Source: Candidatus Zixiibacteriota bacterium (GTDB taxonomy: Bacteria > RBG-13-66-14 > B26-G2 > WVWN01). From it: a DNA stretch of 64,000 nucleotides. Location of the stretch: NCBI GenBank assembly GCA_050117845.1, contig JASFLY010000008.1:40273-104272 (forward strand). The letters are read 5' to 3'. Within the stretch, counting starts at the first letter, position 1; the number at the start of each line of letters is the position of its first letter. Below, piece by piece: positions 52,601 to 64,000 of the stretch. The notes beneath the pieces are model-generated. The model ran no database searches and was not told the origin of the DNA. It saw nothing but the letters and a program-made list of their open reading frames with translations. The position numbers and the translations under genes were made by a program.

Positions 52601-55600
52601 TTGACGTTAAAAAGGATATCGTTTTCCGAAAAGGTCGAACCGATAGAGATCCCCAATCTATTGGAGATCCAGAAGAAGTCGTACGAGGATTTCCTGCAGC
52701 ACGTAACCCTTCCCACCAAGCGGGAATCGCAGGGCCTGCAGTACATCTTCGATAATACGTTCCCCATTTACGACTTCAACGGCGACTCGTACCTCGAGTT
52801 CGTCGAGTACAACGTCGGTTATACCAAGTACAACATAGAAGAATGCAAGGTCAAGGGCATGACCTACGGCGTGCCCTTGCGGGCGAAGTTCCGCTTCGTC
52901 GTGCGCGAGCGCGAAGCGCCCGAGAAGGAACCCCAGGTCGTCGACATCCGGGAGGAAGAGCTTTACCTCGGCGAAATCCCGATGATGACGGAACGCGGTT
53001 CTTTCATCATCAACGGCGCCGAACGCGTCATCGTGTCCCAGTTGCACCGCTCGCCGGGCCTCGTCTTCAAACAAACCGAGCATTCCAGCGGCAAAATCCT
53101 CTATGGCGCGTCAATCATCCCGCATCGCGGCGCCTGGCTCGAGGTCGGTTTCGACGCTGGCGGCGTATTGAACTTCTCCATCGACCGCACCAACCGCCAG
53201 CCCCGCATCCCGGTTACCGTGCTCCTGCGCGCCTTCGGTTACGGCGACGCCGGCGAAATCGCCCGTCTCTTCTTCGACGTGGAGGAAGTCAACGTCTCGC
53301 GCCGCACGGGCCTTCTGGGCAACTACCTGGCGTCGGACGTCAAGACCGGCGAGGACACCACGCTCTTCAAGCGCTTCACGCTCATCGACGAGAACGTCCT
53401 CGACCTCTTGCGGGACAACCGCGTCAAATCCGTCGACGTCCTGACTCCCCGCAACGGCCTGGAAGTGGGGGCCCTCGTGCCCACCTTCCGCAAGGACGAC
53501 GAAGGCCGGATCAAAACCCAGGCCGACGCGCTCATTAAAATCTACAACGAAATCAGGCCGGGCGACCTGTCCAACCTCGAGACGGCCGAGGCCGCTTTCG
53601 AGAACCTCTTCGCCAACGCCAAGCGCTACGACCTGAGCCGCGTGGGCCGGCGCAAACTCAATTTGCGCCTGAGCCTCGATTTCGACCTAAACGACCGGAC
53701 GCTCCACGCCGAGGACATTGTCGAGACCGTACGCGAACTCTCGGCCCTGCACGCCCGGGAAGGCGACGTCGACGACGTCGACCACCTGGGGAATCGCCGC
53801 GTCCGGGCGGTGGGCGAACTCCTGGAGTACCGCTTCCAGGTGGGCCTGACGCGGATGGAACGGGTCATCCGCGAGCGTATGAGCATCCTCGACCTCGAGG
53901 ACTGCATGCCGCGCGACCTCGTGAACGCGAAGCCGCTCATGAGCGCGGTCAAGGAGTTCTTCGGCTCGAGCCAGCTCAGCCAGTTCCTGGACCAGATTAA
54001 CCCGTTGGCCGAACTCACGCACAAGCGGCGCCTTTCGGCCCTCGGCCCCGGCGGCCTCTCGCGCGAGCGCGCGAACTTCGAGGTCCGCGACGTCCACTAC
54101 ACGCATTACGGCCGGATGTGCCCCATCGAGACGCCGGAGGGGCCGAACATCGGCCTCATAACGAGCCTGGCCACCTACTCGCGCATTAACGAGTTCGGCT
54201 TCATCGAGACACCGTACCTCCGCGTCAAGAAAGGCCGCGTCACCGACGAGGTCGTCTACCTCGACGCCGGCGAAGAGGACGCCTACACCATCGCCCAGGC
54301 CAACGCCGAAGTGGACGCCAAAGGTCGGTTTACTTCCGAATACGTGTATTCCCATCGGCGCAGCGAGTACATCCTGGTGGAACCGGATCGGGTCGACTTC
54401 ATTGACATCTCGCCGCGGCAGCTGGTCTCCATTTCCACGTCGCTTATACCGTTCCTCGAGCACGACGACGCGAACCGGGCGCTAATGGGCTCGAACATGC
54501 AGCGTCAAGCGGTCCCCCTCCTTCAGACCGAGGCCGCCTACGTCGCGACCGGAATCGAGGACCGCGTGGCCCGGGACTCGGGCGTCATCGTCACCGCCCG
54601 GGCGGGGGGGACGGTCGAGAAGGTCACGGCCGACCGGATAGTCATCCGCCCCGACACCGCCGAGGACGACGCCGCTTACGGCTGGTTCGAACCCGACGAA
54701 TACGTACTCAAGAAGCACGAACGCACCAACCAGGACACCTGCTTTAATCAGGTACCGATAATCCGCAAGGGCGACAAAGTAAAGGCGGGACAGGTCATCG
54801 CGGACGGCCCGGCCACCAAGAACGGCGAACTGGCCCTGGGCCGGAACATCATTGTCGCCTTCATGCCGTGGATGGGCTACAACTTCGAGGACGCCATCGT
54901 CGTGAGTAAGCGCCTCGTCGAGAGCGACGCTTTCACGTCGGTGCACATCGAAGAATTCGAGATAGAGTGTCGGGAAACGAAGCTCGGCCGCGAGGAGATA
55001 ACGCGGGACATCCCGAACGTCGGTTCGGACGCGCTTAAAAACCTAGACGAGAGCGGCATCATCCGCGTCGGCGCGGACATCCACGCCGGCGATATAATGG
55101 TGGGAAAGGTCGCCCCCAAGGGCGAATCCGAACTCACGCCGGAGGAACGGCTCCTGCGGGCCATCTTCGCCGAGAAGGCGGGCGACGTGCGAGACGCGTC
55201 GCTCAAGGCCCCGCCGGGAATGAACGGCATCGTCGTCGATGTCAAGGTCTTCTCGCGCAAAGAGCGCGAGCGGGCCGACGGCCGGGCCCGGGCGGACGAG
55301 GCGAAGCGCATCGACAAGCTCGAGGCCGAGAAGAAAAAGAAGATAGACGCCGCCCGCGACGTCTGCGAAAAACAGCTGACGAAGCTGATGCTGGGCAACG
55401 AGCTGAACTACCGGCTGGTCGACGACCTCACCGGCGAAGCGCTTCTGGCCAAGGGCGCCAAGATAACGCCCGCCGTCCTCCGGAAGAAACTGCTCGAGCC
55501 CGTCATCGAGCGGCGCGTGAAGATGCACGCGGTGCTGGGCCGCAACGTGGACAAGGTCGTGGCTCGTTTCCACGACTACACCCACGAGGTGTCCAGCTTC

Positions 55601-56383
55601 ATCGATAAAGAGATAGACCGCATCCGCAAGGGCGACGACCTGCCGCCGGGCGTACTCAAGATGGTCAAGGTTTACGTGGCCCGGAAACGCCGCCTCACCA
55701 TCGGCGATAAGATGGCGGGCCGGCACGGCAACAAGGGCGTCGTCGCCCGCGTCGTGCCCGAGGAAGACATGCCCTTCATGGCGGACGGAACGCCGGTGGA
55801 CATAGTGCTGAATCCGCTGGGCGTCCCGAGCCGCCTCAACGTCGGCCAGATCTTCGAAACGCACCTCGGTTGGGCCTCGCACAAGCTGGGCGAATACTTC
55901 GAGTGTCCTATTTTCGAGGGCGCGTCCGAGGAAGTCATTAAAGACTACCTGGTACAGGCCGGCATTCCCTCCTCGGGCAAGGTAGTGCTGCACGACGGCC
56001 GGACGGGCGAGCCCTTCAGCCACCCGGTCACCGTTGGATACATCTACCTGTTCAAACTGCTCCACCTGGCCGACGACAAGATCCACGCGCGGTCGGTGGG
56101 GCCCTACTCGCTCGTTACGCAGCAGCCGCTCGGCGGCAAAGGCCAGTTCGGCGGCCAGCGTTTCGGCGAAATGGAAGTCTGGGCGCTAGAAGCGTACGGC
56201 GCCGCCTACACGCTGCAGGAGCTGTTAACCGTTAAATCCGACGACGTGTTGGGGCGCGCCCGGATGTACGAAGCCATCGTCAAGGGCAGGAATATACCGG
56301 AGGCCGACACGCCCGAGTCGTTCAACGTCCTGATAAACGAGTTGCGGGCATTGTGCCTTGACGTCCATCCAGAGGAAGCGTAA
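52601..56383 (+). CDS. rpoB: RNA polymerase beta subunit
   Basis: [42 protein letters not shown]. Confidence 0.99.
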   Translation: MTLKRISFSEKVEPIEIPNLLEIQKKSYEDFLQHVTLPTKRESQGLQYIFDNTFPIYDFNGDSYLEFVEYNVGYTKYNIEECKVKGMTYGVPLRAKFRFVVREREAPEKEPQVVDIREEELYLGEIPMMTERGSFIINGAERVIVSQLHRSPGLVFKQTEHSSGKILYGASIIPHRGAWLEVGFDAGGVLNFSIDRTNRQPRIPVTVLLRAFGYGDAGEIARLFFDVEEVNVSRRTGLLGNYLASDVKTGEDTTLFKRFTLIDENVLDLLRDNRVKSVDVLTPRNGLEVGALVPTFRKDDEGRIKTQADALIKIYNEIRPGDLSNLETAEAAFENLFANAKRYDLSRVGRRKLNLRLSLDFDLNDRTLHAEDIVETVRELSALHAREGDVDDVDHLGNRRVRAVGELLEYRFQVGLTRMERVIRERMSILDLEDCMPRDLVNAKPLMSAVKEFFGSSQLSQFLDQINPLAELTHKRRLSALGPGGLSRERANFEVRDVHYTHYGRMCPIETPEGPNIGLITSLATYSRINEFGFIETPYLRVKKGRVTDEVVYLDAGEEDAYTIAQANAEVDAKGRFTSEYVYSHRRSEYILVEPDRVDFIDISPRQLVSISTSLIPFLEHDDANRALMGSNMQRQAVPLLQTEAAYVATGIEDRVARDSGVIVTARAGGTVEKVTADRIVIRPDTAEDDAAYGWFEPDEYVLKKHERTNQDTCFNQVPIIRKGDKVKAGQVIADGPATKNGELALGRNIIVAFMPWMGYNFEDAIVVSKRLVESDAFTSVHIEEFEIECRETKLGREEITRDIPNVGSDALKNLDESGIIRVGADIHAGDIMVGKVAPKGESELTPEERLLRAIFAEKAGDVRDASLKAPPGMNGIVVDVKVFSRKERERADGRARADEAKRIDKLEAEKKKKIDAARDVCEKQLTKLMLGNELNYRLVDDLTGEALLAKGAKITPAVLRKKLLEPVIERRVKMHAVLGRNVDKVVARFHDYTHEVSSFIDKEIDRIRKGDDLPPGVLKMVKVYVARKRRLTIGDKMAGRHGNKGVVARVVPEEDMPFMADGTPVDIVLNPLGVPSRLNVGQIFETHLGWASHKLGEYFECPIFEGASEEVIKDYLVQAGIPSSGKVVLHDGRTGEPFSHPVTVGYIYLFKLLHLADDKIHARSVGPYSLVTQQPLGGKGQFGGQRFGEMEVWALEAYGAAYTLQELLTVKSDDVLGRARMYEAIVKGRNIPEADTPESFNVLINELRALCLDVHPEEA

Positions 56384-56424
56384 GGCCGGCGCTAGGTTCC
56401 GGCCCCCACGCCACGGGAGATATC

Positions 56425-60510
<4,086 letters not shown>

Positions 60511-60541
60511 CCGGCGCGTACGGCGCCCCGGCGGAGGAATT

Positions 60542-60922
60542 ATGCCGACAATAAACCAACTCGTACGACACGGACGCAAGAAGGTTACGCACAAATCCAA
60601 ATCGCCGGCCCTGCAGAAGTGCCCGCAGCGGCGGGGCGTTTGCACCCGGGTATGGACGGTTACGCCTAAAAAACCGAACTCGGCTCTCAGGAAGGTCGCC
60701 CGCGTCCGGTTGGCCACCGGGACCGAAGTCACGGCTTACATCCCCGGCGTCGGCCACAATTTACAGGAACACTCGATGGTATTGGTTCGCGGCGGCCGCG
60801 TCAAGGACATCCCGGGCGTCCGTTACCACGTCATCCGCGGGACGCTCGACGCTTCGGGCGTGGCGGACCGGAACCGCAGCCGTTCGAAGTACGGCGCGAA
60901 ACGGCCCAAGCAGGCAGGGTAA
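60542..60922 (+). CDS. rpsL: 30S ribosomal protein S12
   Basis: [19 protein letters not shown]. Confidence 0.99.
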   Translation: MPTINQLVRHGRKKVTHKSKSPALQKCPQRRGVCTRVWTVTPKKPNSALRKVARVRLATGTEVTAYIPGVGHNLQEHSMVLVRGGRVKDIPGVRYHVIRGTLDASGVADRNRSRSKYGAKRPKQAG

Positions 60923-60968
60923 AATAACGGTACGTTTTAAGGATTACGACCCGGAGGTCGATTGAGAT

Positions 60969-61439
60969 ATGTCGCGTTCTCGCACGCAGGAAAAAAAGAG
61001 CTGGCCGCCCGACGCCAAATACGGGTCGCCCCTTGTTACGAGGTTCATTAACAACATCCTCGCGAAGGGCAAGCGGTCGACCGCGGAACGGATATTTTAC
61101 GAGGCCATGGACATCATCGCCGAGAAAACCGGCGAGGACGCCCTCGCGGTTTTCAACCGGGCCATCAATAACGTGAAGCCTTCGCTCGAGGTCAAGTCGC
61201 GACGGGTGGGCGGCGCCACGTATCAGGTTCCGGTGGAAGTGGCCCAACAGCGCCGCGTGGCGCTGGCCATTCGTTGGATCAAGGCCGCGGCCAAAGCCCG
61301 CCCCGAACACGGTATGGTGGGACGCCTGGCCGGAGAGTTGCTCGACGCCGCCAAGGGTACGGGCACCGCGCACAAGAAACGGGAAGATACGCACCGGATG
61401 GCCGAGGCCAACAAGGCCTTCGCTCATTACCGTTGGTAA
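60969..61439 (+). CDS. rpsG: 30S ribosomal protein S7
   Basis: [27 protein letters not shown]. Confidence 0.98.
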   Translation: MSRSRTQEKKSWPPDAKYGSPLVTRFINNILAKGKRSTAERIFYEAMDIIAEKTGEDALAVFNRAINNVKPSLEVKSRRVGGATYQVPVEVAQQRRVALAIRWIKAAAKARPEHGMVGRLAGELLDAAKGTGTAHKKREDTHRMAEANKAFAHYRW

Positions 61440-61581
61440 CCGCGCGTTCGCGGTTCCCGCGGGCTGGTTAATGATTAATCACCGGGGAAAAGCGGAGTAT
61501 TTGAATTCGAGTTAGAGCCCGTAGGCTAGGGGATCCATTGTGCCATCCCCGGCCGGGGATGGCCTTTTTATCGCCGAAATT

Positions 61582-63681
61582 ATGACCCGCAAATCGCCCA
61601 TAAAAAAAATCCGGAACGTAGGCATCGCCGCTCACGTCGACGCCGGCAAAACCACCGTCACTGAACGGGTTTTGTACTACACCGATAAAACCTACAAAAT
61701 CGGCGAGGTCGACGAGGGCGCGGCCGAGATGGACTGGATGGAACTCGAGCGGGAGCGCGGCATAACTATAACCGCCGCCGCTACCTCGGTCGAGTGGCGG
61801 GGTCATAATATCCACATAATCGACACCCCGGGCCACGTGGATTTCACGGTCGAGGTCGAACGGTCCCTCCGCGTTCTGGACGGCGTCGTCGTGGTACTCT
61901 GCGCCGTCGGGTGCGTCGAGCCCCAATCCGAGACGGTTTGGCGCCAGGCCGACCGGTACCACGTGCCGCGCATCGCCTTCGTCAATAAAATGGACCGGAC
62001 GGGCGCGGATTTCTTCCGGGCGGTGTCGGACCTTCGCGGGAAGCTGGCCGCGAACGCGGTCCCGATACAGGTGCCTATCGGCAGCGAGGACACCTTCGTC
62101 GGCGTCACGGATTTAATCACGATGACGCCGTATATCTTCGACGCCGACTCCCTGGGTAAAAACTACGACCCCATAAGCCTTTACAGTCTCCGCGACGACC
62201 GCCAGGAAGAAATAATGCACTGGCGGAAGAACCTGGTCGAATCCCTGGCCGAAGTGGACGAGGAAGCGATGGACGCGTATCTGGAGGGCCGGGACCTGAA
62301 GCCCGTCGAACTCGTCGCCGCCGTCCGCCGGGCCACGTTGAACTACGCCATCGTACCCGTGCTCTGCGGGTCGGCGCTCCGGAATATAGGCATCCAGCTC
62401 CTCATCGACGCCGCCGTCGATTTCCTCCCGTCGCCCCTGGACGTTCCGCCGGTTACGGGCGTCCGGCCGGGCGGCAAGGAAGTCGAGGTGCGCCAACCGT
62501 CGGACGAGGACCCGTTCTCGGCGCTCGCCTTTAAAGTTATGAGCGACCCGTACGTAGGTCGCCTTACCTTTATTCGCGTGTACTCGGGAACGCGCCGGGC
62601 CGGCGGCACCGCCTTCAACGCCAATACCGGAAAAAAAGAGAAGTTGGGCCGCCTGCTCGAGATGCACGCCAACGACCGCGAGGACGTGGAGGCCGTTCAC
62701 GCCGGCGATATCGCCGCCGTCGTGGGCCTCAAAAACACCTTCACCGGCGACACGCTCTGCGACGATAAGCACCCGATAAACCTCGAGCGGATCCGCTTCC
62801 CGGAGCCCGTCGTTTCGGTCGCCATCGAACCCAAAACCAAGGCCGACGAGGAGCACCTCAACGAGTCGCTGGCCAAACTCGCCGAAGAGGACCCCACGTT
62901 CAAGGTCCGCTACGACGAGGCCACCGGCCAGACCATTATTTCCGGGATGGGCGAACTCCATCTGGATATCCTGACCAAGCGGATGACCCGCGAGTTCGGC
63001 GTCACCGCCAACGTCGGGCCGCCGCAGGTGGCCTATAAGGAAACGGTCGGCGGCGTGGGCCGAGGCGAGGGCAAGTTCGAAAAACCGACCGGCGCCAAGG
63101 GCCAGTTCGGCCACGTCGTTCTGGAAATAAGGCCGTACGCCGACGGCCCCTTCCTATTCGAGGACCGCCTGCCGGCGGGCGTATTGGAACGGGAGTACGT
63201 CGCCGCCGCCGAACGGGGTGTGAAGGGGGCCCTCGAGGCCGGCGTGCTGGCGGGTTTCCCGGTTACCGGCGTCGCGGTGGCTATCGTCGGTGGGTCTTCC
63301 CATCCCGTGGAGTCGACGCCCATCGCTTTCGAGATAGCCGCTCAGCAGGCGTTCCGCCAGGCGATGCAGAAGGCCGAGCCTGGCCTCCTTGAGCCTTACG
63401 GTACGCTCGAAATAGTAACGCCGGAAGAATACGTCGGCGACGTCATAAACGACCTGAACGGCCGGCGCGCCGAGGTCGTCGGGATGGAGCGGCGAGCCGA
63501 CGCGCAGATAATCCAGGCGGTCTGTCCCATAGCCGAAACCTTCGGCTACGCCACCGGCCTGCGTTCCTCCACCCAGGGCCGGGCCACCTATTCCATGGAG
63601 TATTTGCGCTACGATATCGTGCCCCGGAACATTTCGGACCAGATTTTACGCCGAACCAGGGGCTTCGTACCGGAATTTTAA
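61582..63681 (+). CDS. fusA: Elongation factor G (divergent)
   Basis: [33 protein letters not shown]; position in the str operon. Confidence 0.95.
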   Translation: MTRKSPIKKIRNVGIAAHVDAGKTTVTERVLYYTDKTYKIGEVDEGAAEMDWMELERERGITITAAATSVEWRGHNIHIIDTPGHVDFTVEVERSLRVLDGVVVVLCAVGCVEPQSETVWRQADRYHVPRIAFVNKMDRTGADFFRAVSDLRGKLAANAVPIQVPIGSEDTFVGVTDLITMTPYIFDADSLGKNYDPISLYSLRDDRQEEIMHWRKNLVESLAEVDEEAMDAYLEGRDLKPVELVAAVRRATLNYAIVPVLCGSALRNIGIQLLIDAAVDFLPSPLDVPPVTGVRPGGKEVEVRQPSDEDPFSALAFKVMSDPYVGRLTFIRVYSGTRRAGGTAFNANTGKKEKLGRLLEMHANDREDVEAVHAGDIAAVVGLKNTFTGDTLCDDKHPINLERIRFPEPVVSVAIEPKTKADEEHLNESLAKLAEEDPTFKVRYDEATGQTIISGMGELHLDILTKRMTREFGVTANVGPPQVAYKETVGGVGRGEGKFEKPTGAKGQFGHVVLEIRPYADGPFLFEDRLPAGVLEREYVAAAERGVKGALEAGVLAGFPVTGVAVAIVGGSSHPVESTPIAFEIAAQQAFRQAMQKAEPGLLEPYGTLEIVTPEEYVGDVINDLNGRRAEVVGMERRADAQIIQAVCPIAETFGYATGLRSSTQGRATYSMEYLRYDIVPRNISDQILRRTRGFVPEF

Positions 63682-63873
63682 GGGTTTTCGGCTCATTTGG
63701 GTTAAAAAATGCTTTACTTTCTAGGGGTTTTGTGCTATACATTACAACTTCGCGCTCCGGCCTCCGGACAGTAGGCCGGTGCGATTGGCTTTAAAACCAA
63801 GCTGTTTTTAGAGGATAAGCACCAGCCAAACATAAAAGTACGGACCGCTTGAGGATATCGGAGGTCAACCGCG

Positions 63874-64000
63874 ATGGCCAAGGCGAAATACGAGCGAACG
63901 AAGCCGCACATCAACGTGGGAACGATAGGGCACGTTGACCACGGTAAGACGACGCTGACGTCGGCGATAACTCGGGTGTTGGCGCAGAAGGGACAGGCGG
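63874..64000 (+). CDS. tuf: Elongation factor Tu, second copy (partial)
   Basis: First 127 nt identical to 47974-48100; GGAGG SD. Confidence 0.97.
   Translation, partial: MAKAKYERTKPHINVGTIGHVDHGKTTLTSAITRVLAQKGQA

Overview
GC-rich bacterial chromosome segment, probably from an uncultured diderm lineage (inference from gene content only). It is mostly housekeeping: dnaN-recF-gyrB, trxA, purL/purQ, pta, metG, cysS, grpE-dnaJ, ackA, clpC, tRNAs and the tuf-rpmG-secE-nusG-rplKAJL-rpoBC-rpsLG-fusA-tuf cluster. The key region is 39.6-43.3 kb (minus strand), with three tandem Omp28-like secreted thioredoxin-fold paralogs. One has an in-frame TGA exactly at the first Cys of the CxxC motif (U-G-Y-C) followed by a SECIS-like hairpin, so it is a probable selenoprotein that the ORF track truncates. 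The two Cys (CGYC) paralogs each have a promoter and a 38-codon leader ORF with UGA at codon 10 and four mutually exclusive RNA pairing segments, the last covering the gene's SD and AUG. I interpret this as a candidate selenium/Sec-sensing translational attenuator that turns on Cys back-up paralogs when UGA is not decoded; this is inference, and no sel genes are in the window. The locus also holds two candidate small RNAs with a shared anti-SD-like motif. Other notable items: eight unrelated secreted proteins sharing a C-terminal motif (V-x-P-x-S-[LIV]-G-[RK]-[VI]-[KR]-x-[LM]-[FY]-x), a DPY19-like and a TMEM260/DUF2723-like GT-C glycosyltransferase, a DEDDh exonuclease-WYL fusion, an AT-rich OLD-family nuclease next to a RAYT with REP palindromes, two candidate ACG starts, and a 59-bp direct repeat around an AT-rich lipoprotein gene.
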